Origin: Lama guanicoe
Taxonomy: Eukaryota
DNA length: 64,000 bases
Direction: 5' to 3'
Assembly: GCA_013239625.1 (NCBI GenBank)
Contig: MU053513.1
Location: 1,786,927-1,850,926, forward strand
Shown: piece by piece, positions 1 to 13,452 of the stretch
Layout: each line of letters begins with the position of its first letter
How positions within the stretch are numbered: position 1 is the first letter of the stretch
Made by a program: the position numbers and the translations under genes
Notes under the pieces: model-generated
The model's database searches: none
Told to the model about the DNA's origin: nothing
The model's input: only the letters and a program-made list of their open reading frames with translations

Positions 1-666
1 CTAACTATTTTTAAAAACTGAGTACATATGAAGGTAGAGGCATACACTCCCTGAAAGCATACACATAAGAAACTGTCAAAGTTCATCTCTAAAGAGGGGA
101 ATTGAAAGGATCAGGAGCACATTTTTCACTGTCCATTTTTTTGCTTCTTCTTTATTTAGTAGCAAGTGCACACCCTACCTATTTTTAAAAGCAATTTTTA
201 AACTATATTAGATTTAAATAAATATTAACTTCATTCCTTACCTGTCAACCAACAGTATATTAATGGTCAAAAGAAAGAGGTAAAGAACTCCACAGTTGGC
301 TTCAGCAAGCCAAACACTGTGATCTAAGCACGCTCAGCAAGTGACTTCTGGAAACTAATAGAACGTCTGCCCGCATCTTCCAGCCTTTTGCAGAATATCT
401 AGCTTTGAAGCAACACTTCCATACTAACGTCAGTCTCACAGGACCCCATGGGACCATATCACTTAACTCAAAAAACCTGGAACCAAACTGGCTGAATATT
501 TAGCAAAAGGATAATTTTACTTTCCTGAGGAAAACAGGGTCAACCAGATTTCTTAAGGTTCTTAAAGAGCTATCTGTAATTGTATGACATTTAAACCAAC
601 AGATAATAATAGATATATAAATAAAGTTAAAAAGGAAAAAATTAGTCAAATTTTTTCTTTACTTAC

Positions 667-803
667 AGAGGCTAAACTCTGTGCAGAACCTGAGTATTTA
701 CTGAAGAGTCCTCCATTAGCATAGTTACAACACTGAGATCCTTTGTCTTTGGCAGAACTTAAAGATAATGTCAAATTCTGTCTGCTACTGGAACAACTTG
801 AAC
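667..803 (-). CDS. MIGA1: MIGA1 exon 4 (coding; gene continues beyond the left edge)
   Basis: Acceptor tcattag| at 804-805 and donor |gtaagt at 666. The 137 nt go from phase 1 to phase 0 and encode (G)SSCSSSRQNLTLSLSSAKDKGSQCCNYANGGLFSKYSGSAQSLAS, matching mitoguardin-1 as I recall it. Confidence 0.95.
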
Positions 804-2263
804 CTAATGAAAACAAACATATTAATATTAAAAGTATCATTAACTCCAATGCCAAATTTCAGATAAAATTTCAAAGTTTATATATTCATTCAGAGGGCTG
901 ATTTCCCTCAAATGTGTAAATTATTAAATGTATACCATTATTAAAATCTGTATCTCTGTATAATATTTTTAACAATGCTAAAATCTGCTTCTGAAATGAA
1001 GATTAAAACATTCGTCTAATTAATCAAGGCAGTATTTGAATGATCTATTGCAATTGTTATAAAAATATTGGCAACTATGAACATTCAAATACAAATTTAA
1101 CAAAATGTAATCACTTCTTTCCTGAATTACATCTAAGCTTTTTTTTTCATCTAAACTTTATCAGCTTCACATTATATTGTAATTAGTCTTTTATAAGTCT
1201 GTCTCCCCCTAACCATTGACCTGTTCATCTAGGGCAGACAATGTGCCTTAGTTTATCTTATTATAGGAGTTAAGACACTCCTCAATTCAAATCCTGGTAC
1301 TTATTAGTTATATGAACTTGAGCAAGTCACTTAACTTTTCCATATCTCAATTTTCTTTGGGTATAAAATATGAACAATAAGAGAGGATTATAGTCCTAAT
1401 TCATAGGGTTGTTATAAAGGTTCAATTAAGAGTAAATACATAGAATGTAGCATGAATATGCTGCACCTGAGATCTAATAAAACCTCAGTGAGAGGCATCA
1501 TTGTTTATTACACTTGGCACAAAACAGTTATTCATTAATTATTTGCTGGGCAAACAAATCACAAAAGCATGATACACTAAATTTAAAATAGCTTAAAGTT
1601 CAAAAAATAAGACATCCAGCATGCTCAAGAAATTATTTTTATTGATACAACTTGACAATATGTACCATATCTCTAACAAAAAGCTACAGATCCTATAAAG
1701 GCTAGTAATTTTACTTCTAGAACTTCATATACTTAGGGAATAATCACAAGTATATGCAAAGCAAGAAAAACAACTTAAAGGAAACAAGAGGGAACTGGTA
1801 AATAATTAGAGTAATTTACACAGTAAATTGAACACTATGTACATATTAAAAATGATAGCACAGAGATAATATTTGTTGACCTGGAAAGACATTCTTACCT
1901 AATGTCAAATATTCTAAAAGCAGGTTATAAAAGGTATGAATTTTATTTAAAATACATAAGTCACTTACTTGTCTATAATAACAAAATGTTGTATCTCAAC
2001 ATGATATTTAAATGCAAACATAAATGGACAGATCTATGCCAAAGTATTATCAGTAGTTACTTCCAGGTAGTAGAATTTCAAGTGACTTTAATTTTTTCTG
2101 TTTATCTATACTTTCTAATCTTTCTAAAATTAACCTGAATTACTTGTGAGTTAACTATCAAGGAAGGAAATTCTGGAGACTAAACCACTGAAGTCACTGC
2201 ACTCCAGTTAGGATTTACATATAAAATTGCCCTTGTAGACTTAACTCAGCTATTTCTACATAC

Positions 2264-2441
2264 CTTTGTCTGATGCTGCTCTTTTAGTGTATTCAAGTAT
2301 GAGGTGCTCTGGTTCCCATGGTAATATTTTTCCTTTCTTCTTTCCACGTCTTCTTTTAAAGTGATGGGCCAAAAAAATTACAGATACAGCACTCACTGCA
2401 GTTACTACAAATAACTTTTTAGCTACTGGTGAAAATTTGAT
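2264..2441 (-). CDS. MIGA1: MIGA1 exon 3 (contains the hydrophobic membrane-anchor segment)
   Basis: Acceptor ttttccag| and donor |gtatgt. The 178 nt encode IKFSPVAKKLFVVTAVSAVSVIFLAHHFKRRRGKKKGKILPWEPEHLILEYTKRAASDK+G, and the phase fits exon 4. Confidence 0.96.
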
Positions 2442-3759
2442 CTGGAAAAGATACAATTAAATGGAAAAAGAGTCTTTTATTTGTTCATTTAAGATAGACA
2501 TAAAAACTAAAATTATTCTTAAGCTAATCTAGTTCTAAATACTACAAAGATAATATTATTTCACTCTTTCAGTGACAGCTAGCCCAATCTGAATTTTAAG
2601 AACAAACCCCACAAAATGCAGTCATCTATTATCCACTGCTCTGAAGTTGTCAGGTAAACAGTAATACCCAAAAAGTTATCAGGAGCACAAAATAACCCCA
2701 TTCATATCTGTTGAACACTAATGATTAATTCATGCAACTAAATCTTCTGTCTGGACCACAGCAAGATTTTTAATTGCAGGAATGATTAAACCAGACTGTC
2801 TAAATGAACCAAACTTTTTAAACTACTGGAAATTTGGGCAAAAATTAACTCAATTTCTAAATACTACTTGAATAAGCCCTTTTATTCTTGAATTAATTAA
2901 CAAATATTTATTCAGCATTCTACAATTTACCAGGACTGTGCTATGAAAATTTAAATTAACATCTTATTGTAATTCTATTCAATAAGCACATATCAAATGC
3001 CTTCCATTGATCAAGATGCACCAGGTATACAGAGGATGTAGATCTTGCTTCCCCCAGTGTGCTAGAAGTAGAAAGAGATACATTCACAAGTAATTACAGT
3101 ATAGTGTGACAAATACAGTCATGTAAGTATGTACTAAGTATTAACATAAGAACAAGAGGTAATTAACTTTGCCCTGGGGAACAGACACTATTTATCACCT
3201 AAAATGCAAAAGAACTTTAAAATAAAGGTATAGGCTTGGGGATATAGAGAGCTAGAAAGTTTCGCTTCCAACCTCACAACAACAAAAAAGCCAAATGGCA
3301 AACTCACAAATTTTTCTTGAACCCATCAGAATGTGGAGGTCAGAAGGTAGCCAACTGGCCTCAAAACTAAGGAGACACAGATATTGGCAGGGAGAGATAA
3401 GACATGAACACTGACATACAGGGACAAGACACAGGATCTTAGTAGGAAGAGTTCAGCCAGCCTGGTGGTGAGTTGATGGAGACTGAGAGTGTACTAGTGA
3501 GAGATAGTGAAGCACCCCTGCCAGGGGGACAGGTGTGCTACAAATGTAAGTGTAATCCACACTTTTTGCATATTTTATCTTCATAAATCTCACTAAACAC
3601 TCACAGGAAAGACTGTAAGAGTCCTAAGGAAGTCTCCCTAAAGATGCAGAATTGGGGATAGGAAACAGCAGTTTTTGTGGAGGGACATGAACTGCATCAA
3701 TACCCTTCTCCTTTGTCCCCAAAAAGGAACAAAAGCCTTAAACTGTAGGAGGCAGCTTT

Positions 3760-6420
3760 AACCTTAGAGAGAAATTTATACCATTAAATGCTTATAGTAA
3801 GAAAAAAAGAAAGGTATCAAATCCATAGTCTGAGCTTCGACCTTAAGAACTAGAAAAAGAACAAATCTAATCTAAAGCAAGCAGAAAATCAGGAAGTAAT
3901 GAAGACTAAACAGAAATCAATGAAATGGAAAACCAATGGAATAAAACCAAGAGCTGTTTTTTTTTTTAAATAAGTAAAACTGACAAACCTCTATTCAGTC
4001 TGATCAAAGAGAGAGACAGAAGACACATATTACCAAAATCATTAGTGGAAGAGGGGTCATCACTACAGACCTCACAGATAAGAAAAGGATAAAAAATGAT
4101 TACTATGAACAACTCTATGCCCATAAATTCAACAACTCAGATAAAATGGACCGATTCCTTGAAAGACAGAAACTATCAAATTTACTCAGGAAGAAAATAG
4201 ATAACATGAATATTTACATATTTACTAAAGAAACTAAGTATGTAGTTAAAACCTTCTAACAAAATTACAGACCAAATTCTACCAAATCTTTAAGGAAGAA
4301 ATATCAATTCCTACAAAGAGGGAACATTTCCCAATCATTTTATGAAGCCAGCATTATTACTACCATCAAAAAAGAAAGAAATTACCAAAAAAAAAAAACT
4401 ACAGACTAATATTCATAGATGCAGAAATCCTTCACAAAATATTAACAAACCAAATTCAGCAATATATAAAAAGAATAATATCTATGACCAAGTGGTATAT
4501 ATCCTAGGAATTCAAATCTGGTTCAACATTCAAAACTTCATCAATGTAATTTACCATAACAACAAACTAAGGAAGAAAAGTCATAATATAATCTCAATGG
4601 ATTAAAAAAGACACGCAAAAAACATCTGGAAATTTGGGCAAAATTCAACACTCACGATTTTTAAAAAACCTCTCAGCAAATTAGAAATAGTGTAATGGGT
4701 TAAACAGTGTCCTTGCTAAAATTTATGCCCACTCTAAACATCAGAAAGTGTCCTTATTTGAAAACAAGGTCTTTATCAATGTAATTAAGGTAAGAATCAA
4801 GATGAGATCATACTAGATTAAGCTGGGCCCTAAATCCAATGATAGTGTCTTTGTAAGAGACAAAGAAGGACACACAGAGACATAAAGGAGAAGGTCATGT
4901 AAATAGGAAGGCGGAGATTAAAATTATGACACAGCCAGGGAATGCCTGGAGCTACCAGACGCTGGAAGAGACAGGAAAGATTCTCCCCTAGAAACTCCAA
5001 AGTGTGGCTCTGCTGCACCTTAATTTCAGCCTGCACAATTATAACAGAATGAATTTCTGTTATTTCAATCCACCAAATTTGTAGTCATTTAAGACAATTC
5101 TAGGAAATTCATACAGAGGGGAAATTCTTTAATCTGATAAAGCACATCTACAAAAAAAACCTATAGTGAACATCATACTTAATGGTGGAAGACTAAATGT
5201 TGTCCTCATAAGATCAGGAACAAGACAAGAATATCTTTTTACTATTATATTAGAAGTACTAGCCAGTGCAAAAAGGCAAGAAAAAAAGAATAAAAGAAAC
5301 ATATATTAGGAAGAAGTAAAACTGCCTCTATTTGCAGATGATATGATTGTCTACATAAGAAGTCCCGAAGAATCTACCAAAAAAGCTCCTAGAACTTTAG
5401 GTAAATAGACTACAAAGGAAAAGATAGCAATAAGCAACTGGATTCAGAAATTTAAAAAGCAGTATTGTTTATAATAGCACCAAGAAAAAGAAAAAAATCA
5501 CTTAGAAATAAATCTAACAAAATCTAACAACAAAACACTGTTGAAAGGAATCAACAAAGATAAAAGGAGAGATATATTCACAGATCGTAAAATGTCCTTT
5601 CTCTCCAATTTGATCTACAGAAACAACATAATCCTAATCAAAATCTTGGCAAATTGTTTTGTAGATATTGATAACTTATTCTAAAAAAAAATTTTTTGCC
5701 ATTATCAGAATAGCCAAAAATAACTTAAAAAGAATAAAGTTGGAGAATTCACATTAGCCAATTTCAAGACTTCACTATAAAGTTACAATAATTAAGACAG
5801 TGTAGTATTGGTGAAAGAACAGACAAGATCAATGCAACAGAACAGAATTCAGAAATAAAGCTGGACAAATACAGACAACCTATTTTTCTCAAAGGCAAAA
5901 AGGCAATCCAAGGAAGAAATTTCTAGAAGAAAACACAGAAGAAAATCTACATAACCTTATAATCACCAAAACCCAGAAACAATCTGGATGTCCTTCAATA
6001 GACAACTAGGTAAACAAACTGCAGTACATCCATACAATGGAATATTACTCAGCAATAAAAAGGGACAAATTATTCAGATACACAGCAATATGAATGAATC
6101 TCAAATGCATTATGCAAAGAAGTCAATTTCAAAAGGCTACATATATAATGTATAATTCCATTTACATGACATTCTGGTAAAGGTGAAATTATAGGACAGA
6201 AAACAGATCAATGGTGGCCAGCAGCTGAAATGAGCAGGTGACTACAAGGAGGCAGCACAAGGAAATTTTGGGGGTGACAGATGCATTCTGTTTGGTACAG
6301 TGGTGATAGATACAGGAGTCTGTACACTTGTCAAAACCACAGAACTATGCACAACAAAGTACAAAATGTATTATACATAAAATATTTTAAATCAGCCAGG
6401 ATGTGGGGGAACCCAAAATG
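3760..6420 (+). mobile_element. Old LINE-1 (L1M-type) ORF2 and 3' fragments, interrupted by an LTR
   Basis: A-rich decayed ORF2 (e.g. ...DQVVYILGIQIWFNIQNFINVIYH..., tttgcagatgatatgattgtctac = FADDMIVY reverse-transcriptase motif at about 5330) with many frameshifts. Confidence 0.85.
4691..5115 (+). mobile_element. MaLR (MLT1-like) solo LTR inserted into the L1
   Basis: TG...CA termini, about 425 bp, typical MLT1 motifs (ccctaaatccaat..., ctggaagagacagg...gattctccccta). L1 sequence resumes on both sides. Confidence 0.8.
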
Positions 6421-6640
6421 AACTGCAGAATGTGATCAATCAAACTGTTACAAATAAAGATACAAGCATACTGAAGAGGATGGGGAAGAAACGAGATGAC
6501 CTAAGGTACAGTGAGATGACCTGAGCAACAGTGTGGTGACCAGATACTGCAAGGCTAAAGACAAAAAGAATTATACACAAACACTGTACTTGGTAAATTT
6601 GTTTCTCAAAGGGGCTTGGGGGTTAGCAATTCTGAAATTA

Positions 6641-6821
6641 TAGCTGACCCTTGAAGAACTCAGGGGTTGATATGAATATAATTTATAGTCAACCCTCCAA
6701 ATCCACAGTTCCTCCAAATCCAGGTGTTCAACCAACCACAGACTATGTAGTAAACACTGTAGTATTTACTACTGAAGAATATCCATGTATAAGTGGACCC
6801 ATGTTGTTCAAGGGTCAATTG
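6641..6821. mobile_element. Internally deleted Tigger2/MER28-like DNA transposon (MITE)
   Basis: Terminal inverted repeats tagctgacccttgaagaac / gttgttcaagggtcaattg, with a TA on the left flank. Confidence 0.7.
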
Positions 6822-6829
6822 TGCTTCTT

Positions 6830-9800
6830 ATGTATATACTAGATACTGTAGTAAGGAAATACACCATAAATAATACTATATTTTAGATAATGAGAGCCAG
6901 GTGTGTCTCACTGCTGGAGAAAGAAGTTGCAAATGAGCAAAATAGGAATGACAGAATGAGACCTGACTGAAGTCAGAAGTACCAATATGAACTCATGATT
7001 TGCCTTTTCTTTTCAATATACACAGACAGACAAATTCAAAACTAGAGTTGTGTGTGAACACACTGATAAGTATGCATTCACATATTTCCTAGCTGTGTCT
7101 CCTAGGAGGGCCCAGAAACAGCAACATCCTGGTAGCAATGTGCACACCTCACATCCAGATCTTAGTTCCTAAATGCCAAACACTAAAGAGAACTAAATAT
7201 GGAGACTAAAGAGAGCCAAGGAAGCCTGGAGAAGTGGGTGCTTCCAGAACTGAGACAGAGAAAATACAAAATGAATCAGGAGAGAGGAAAAAAAAGAAAA
7301 AGAGGCCATGTCAGGCATGTCCGAAGGACACAGGAGCCAACCAAAAAGAGCTTCCAAACTTATATAAATAATTGAATAAATAATTAAAAGGGGAAAAAGG
7401 GACAATTCTTCCTTACAGAATAATTCTAAATAAGTGTAGAAGGAATGAGGGAAATAGAAAATCATCAATAATCACAACAGTAATAACTGTTGAAGGCAAG
7501 AGTTGCTATTTAAGTGCTAAAATTAGTGGCCAAAAGTTTAAGGAGAAACAAGGTATTTGAACAGTCTCAGAGCATCTGTCTCCAAATTGACGTGCAAAGA
7601 GAAAAAACAGTGGAAAAACCTTGAGTGATCAAGGTTAACATCCCCAGTGACAAGACATCACCTTGTACCCCCGAGATACTGCACTGTGGTATCATGTCCA
7701 AAATGGATAATCCCAATCTAATCCTGAGAAAACATGAGACACATTCAATTGAGGGACATTCTACGAAATACCTAATTTGTACTATTCAGAAGCACCAAGT
7801 CATAAAAAGCAAGGAAAAACTGAAGGAATCGTCACAGACTGAAGAAGACTAAGGAGACTAAAAGCGATGTGGAAACAACAATGAAACACAAGTAATTAAA
7901 AGAATACCACAGCTTTTAGATAAGAATATTATGCCTTTGTTAATTTCTTATTTTTAGTGACTATACTAGATAGAGTTATGATAGTTGTACGTATTAAGGA
8001 AAATTGGGTAAAGGGTATATGGAAATTCTCTGTACAATGTTTACAACTTTCCATAAGTAAAATTCTTCCAAAATAAAAAAAAAGAAAACTCTAACAGAAT
8101 CTGTTAAGAGGATGGAAAAACATGCTACAGACTGGGAGAAAATATTTGCAAACCACCTATCTGACAAAGGACTCGTATCTAGAATATACAAAGAACTCCT
8201 GAAATTCAACAGTGAAAAAAAAAATCCAATTAGAAAGCAAGCAAAGGACAAGAAGAGACATTTCATTTTGTAGAAGATGACATACAGATGGCAAACACAT
8301 ACACAGAGAGATGTTCAACATTATAAGCCATAGAGAAATGTAAATTAAGCCTACTGTGACATACGACACATCTATTATAACAGCTAAAAAAATTTTTTTA
8401 GTGACAATGTCAAATTCTGGTGAGAACATGAAGACATTGAGAACTTCTCATACATTGTTGGTGGGAATTTAAAACAGGACAGCCACTCTGGAAAATAATT
8501 TGGCAATTTCTTTAAAAACTAAACATCTACTTACCATATGACCCAGTAATCACATTCTTGAGCATTTATCCCAGAAAAATAAAAACTTAAGGCCCACACT
8601 AAACCTATACACAAATGTTCAAAGCAGCTTTATTTATAGTAATCAAAACTGGAAACATCAAAACGCCCCTCAATAAGTAAATGCTAACGAACTGTGGTAC
8701 ATCCATATCCACTATGGAATACCACAGTAAAAAGGAACAAATTATTGAGCCTCTCTGTACTATTTCTACAACTTCCTGTGAATCTAGAATTACTTCAAGT
8801 TTTTAGAAAATAAAGCTGTATCAACCAACACAGCTGCCCATCCCAGTAAATTCAAACTAATGAACTTTTGGGAAAATTTTATGATTGGACTGTTTGCAAA
8901 ACTATTCAATTCAAACCGAACTGACCCATGTTACACAGTTTGTTGTCTTTAAATATCATTTTACACTAAAGGGTTTCTTGTAGAAGGGGCGGACTCCAGG
9001 TATGGGGCATGAAAAGTAAGAGATAAGCCTGTAATAACCTCTTTTCATGCCAGACAGCAAGGAAGCTGCCAACAGGGTTGTACCTAAAGCACAAAGAAGC
9101 CACCTTGAATGGGCTCTCGCTGGCCAAAAATGAGTTCACTTGAAAATAAATAAGGATAAATAAATGTAATGCTTTAAAGTACCAAATATGCTTAACTCTG
9201 TAAGGTCAAAATGATTTTTTTTAAACTCTCTTTGATCACTTCTGAAGAATACTAGGGAACCATCTCATTATTTTACAATCTGGTCAGTAAAAAGGAAAGA
9301 AGCAATTATTCTGCCTTTTCTGTGCAAACTGCACCAAAGTGACCAAACAGTGACAAAGTTTCTCTTTACAGAGATATTTCAGCTAATAACTTAAGAAGGA
9401 AATACAGAACAATGTCACCATTTTGCAACCTCTTGAGTTAGCAGATCCACTAATAATTATGAAAGATTGCTAACACCACAAAAATTGAGTTAACCAGACA
9501 TTATGTACTCCCCATGACTTAGCTTTACCACAAAACAATCTAATTGATATTCTGATCTATCAATTCATAGAACATACAGTGGAGAGAGAATAAATCAGGA
9601 TTGTCCAATCACAATAAAGAACCTGGTTTCTTCCATGCAGAAAATAAAAACAAAGCTTCACCCCACCACATCCACCCCAAAAAAGATGAGGGGGAACCTA
9701 CAGATTAAAAGAGATCTCAGAGTTGACAGACACCCAAGAGATTTTAAAGCTATCTCAATTCTCAAATCAAACAAAACAAAAACAAAAAGTATTCACAGGA

Positions 9801-12220
9801 CAACAGAGAAAATGGAAACACCAGTTGGATACTGATAATATTAAGGAATTACTATTGTTTGGAAGGATGTATGTTATTGTGGTGATTCTATTTTAAGAGG
9901 TGAGATATAAAATCAAACCTTTATGGATGAAATAATATAATGTATTGGATTTACCTCAAAAGAATCCAGTGGGGATGGGGGAGGAAATGGATAGGAAAAC
10001 AGACTAAATAAGACTGCCACGTGCTGAAAACTGTCCATGCTGGGTGTCAGGTACATGGGGGTTCATTAAACTACTCTATTTTACATATGCTCGAAGTTTC
10101 CTATAATAAAACTATTTTTAAAGACAAAAACTGAATTAACATAAACTTTAAACTATAATGTAATAGTAAAATAAAAATTTATTCATTACCATTTAAAAAC
10201 ACACAATCATCTAGAACTAATAAGTGAGTTTAATAAAGTTGTAAGATATAATATCAATATACAAAAGTATATTCATATACTAGTAATATGTAATTGGAAA
10301 CTGAAATTTTAAAAATACCCTGTATAATAGCATCATAAAATATTAAATACTTTAGGATAAATCTGACAAAAGATGTGAAAAACGTGTATCCTAAAATTAG
10401 CAAATATTGTTGAGGGAAGAGAAAGAAAACCTAAATACACGGAGAGATGTAACAGATATATGGATTGAAAGACTCAAAGATGTCATTTAACCTAGAATGA
10501 TCTGTACATTCAATGCAATTCCAATGACAATCCTAGCAAGTTTCTTTTTTTTTTGGTATGAACTGACAGTTGATTTCTAAATTTCATATGGAAATGAAAA
10601 GGATCTTGAATAGTCAAAACAATTTTGAAAAAGAAAAATAAAGTTGGAAAACTAACATTATCTGATTTCAAGATTAATTATAAAGCCACAATAAACAAGA
10701 ATATCATATTGGCATAAAGAGAAATACAGATCAATACAACAGGACAGAAAGTACAAAAAAAGACCCATATACAGATGATTGACTTTTGGCAAAGGTACAA
10801 AGGCAGTTCAGTAGAAAAAGGATAATCTTTTCAACAGCTAGTGCTAGAAAAACCGGTTATCCTTATGCAATAAAATGGAATTTCAATTTATGTTTCACAT
10901 CATACACAATAGTTAACTCATGGATCATAGATCTAAACATAAAACCTAAAACTGTAAAGGTTCTAGAAGAAAGCATAGGAGAACATCTTTGTGATCTTTG
11001 GTTAGGCAAATATTTCTTTGACATGAAACCAAAAACCTGACCCATTAAAAAAAAAGTTGACAAATTGGGCTTCAGAATTTAAAACTTCTGCTCTTTAAAA
11101 GGCACTGTTAAGAGAATGAAAAGACAATCCAAAGAGTAGGATAAAGCCATTGCAAATCATGTATCTGACAAAGGAATTGTATCCAAAGCATATAAAGAAC
11201 ACGTAAAACTAAATAAGAAAATAAAAAACCCAATTAAAAAGTAGGCAAAAGCTCTGAACAGACTCATCAACAAAGAAGATACACAAACAGCAAATAAGCA
11301 CATGAAAGGATTTTCAACATAACTGGTCATTAAAAAATGAAAATTAAAACCAAAATGAAATTCCCCTTAACACTTATATTAGAATGGAAAAATTTAAAAG
11401 ACTGGCCATACCAGGGGGAGGGTATAGCTCAAGTAGAGTGCATGCTTAACATGCACGAAGTCTCAGGTTTGATCCCCAGTACCTCCTCTAAAAATAAGTA
11501 AATAAACCTAATTACCTCCTCCCCCCACAAAAAAGAAAAAGAAAGGAAAAAAAAAAAAAGACTGGTCATACCAATGGTACAACCACTTTGGAAGAAATCG
11601 GGCATTTTCTTAAAAATTAAACATATACATACCTTATGATTCAGTCACTCCACTCCTACATATTTACCCAAGAGAAATGAAAGCATAGGTCCATACAAAG
11701 AATTGTATAGCAATGTTCATAGCAGCTTTATTTATAATTGAAAAAGAAAACCAGGAAACCTAAAAGTTCATCACAAGTGGACAGGTGAAGAAACTGTGGT
11801 ACATCCACATGATGGAATACTGTTCAGTAATAAAAAAGAACTGACTACTGATACACACAACAACATGTATATATTTCAAAATAATTAGGCTGAGTGAAAA
11901 AAGCCAGACAAAAGAATGCACATATTGTATGATTCCATTTATATAAAATTCTAGAAAATGCAAACTAATCTATAATTACAAAAGCCTGGGGGAAAGTGAG
12001 GAAGGGGAGTTGGATGAAGAGATGCAAAAGCAGAGATTACAAAAGGGAACGATAAACTTTTGGAGATCACAGATATGTTCATTACCCTGATTGTGGCAAG
12101 AATTTCACTGGCATATACACATAGATGTCAAAACTTAAATTGTATACTTTAAATATGCACAGCTTAATGTGTGCCAATTTTACTTCAATAAAGCTATTTT
12201 TAAAAAATAACATCTTGTCA
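6830..12220 (+). mobile_element. Mosaic of old L1 (L1MB/MC-like) ORF2 and 3' UTR fragments
   Basis: Recognisable L1 3' motifs (gactgggagaaaatatttgcaa, ccatatgacccag, aactgtggtacatcc, atacttcaataaagct). Internal boundaries are approximate. Confidence 0.75.
11414..11555 (+). mobile_element. tRNA-Ala-derived camelid SINE (Vic-1 type)
   Basis: Head ggggagggtatagctcaagtagag...gatccccagtacctcc and an A tail. 18-bp target-site duplication (TSD) aaaagactgg(c/t)catacca at 11396-11413 and 11556-11573. Confidence 0.85.
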
Positions 12221-12237
12221 ACAGGCACATTAAAAGA

Positions 12238-13452
12238 TGCTCATTATTAGAGCTAATTATTAGAGATATACAAATCAAAACTACAATGAGGTATCACCTC
12301 ACACTGGTCAAAATGGTCATCATTAAAAACTCCGCAAAAAACAAATGCTAGAGAGGGTATGGAGAAAAGGGAACCTTCCTATACTGTTGGTAGGAAAGTA
12401 AACTGGTACAACCACTATGGAAAACAAACAGTATGGAGGTTTCTTAAAAAACTAAAAACAGAGTTATCATATAATCCAGCAATCCCACTCCTGGGCATAT
12501 ATCTGGAAAAAACTTTAATTCAAAAAGATACATGCACCCCAATGTTCACAGAAGCACTATTTACAATAGACAAGACAGAGAAGTAACATAAACGTCCACT
12601 GACAGATGACTGGATAAGGAAGTTGTGGTATATTTACACAATGGAAACTATTCAGCCACAAAAAAGAAAGAAAATAATGCCATTTGCAGCAACATGGATG
12701 GACCTGGAGATTTTCATTCTAAGTGCATAAGCCAGAAAGAGAAAGAAAACTACCATATATCACTCATATGTGGGATCTAAAAAAAAAAAAAAAAAAGACA
12801 AACTTATTTACAAAACAGAAAAAGACTTACAGACATAGAAAACAAACTTATGGTTACCGGGGGGAAGGGGGTGGGAAGGGATAAATTCTAACTATAGATA
12901 AAATAAACAAGAAGTTCATACTATATAACACAGGGAACTATATTCAATATCTTGTAGTAACTTGTGATGAAAAGAATATGAAAATGAATATATGTATGTT
13001 CATGCATGACTGAAGCTGTACACCAGAAATTGACACAACACTGTAAACTGACTATACTTCAATAAAAATATATATACATACAAAAAAAGGGAGAAAGATA
13101 AATGTCATATGATATCATGCATATGTAGAATTTTTTAAAAAATGATACAAATGACCTTATCTACAAAATAGAAACAGATTCACAGACACAGAAAATCAAC
13201 TTATGGTTACCAATGGGGAAGGGGGGGTGGGCACACATTGGGAGTCTGAGATTTGCAGGTATCAACTACTATACATAAAACAGATAAACAACAAGGACCT
13301 ACTATATAGCAGGGGAACTATATTCAATATCCTGCAATAAACCATAAAGGAAAAGAATGTGAAATATATATGTGTAACTGAATCACTTTGCTGCACACCA
13401 GACTAACACACATTGTAAATCAACTATATTTCAAAAAAAAATTTTTTTTAAT
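12238..13452 (+). mobile_element. Younger 5'-truncated L1 3' end with two successive 3' tails
   Basis: ORF2 C-terminus ([23 protein letters not shown]) plus 3' UTR. TSD aaataacatcttg at 12225-12237 and 13453-13465. Confidence 0.82.

Noticed and set aside
11414..11490. Functional tRNA-Ala gene
   Set aside because: Has a SINE tail, poly(A), a TSD and mutations in the stems and anticodon. The other copies are also SINEs.
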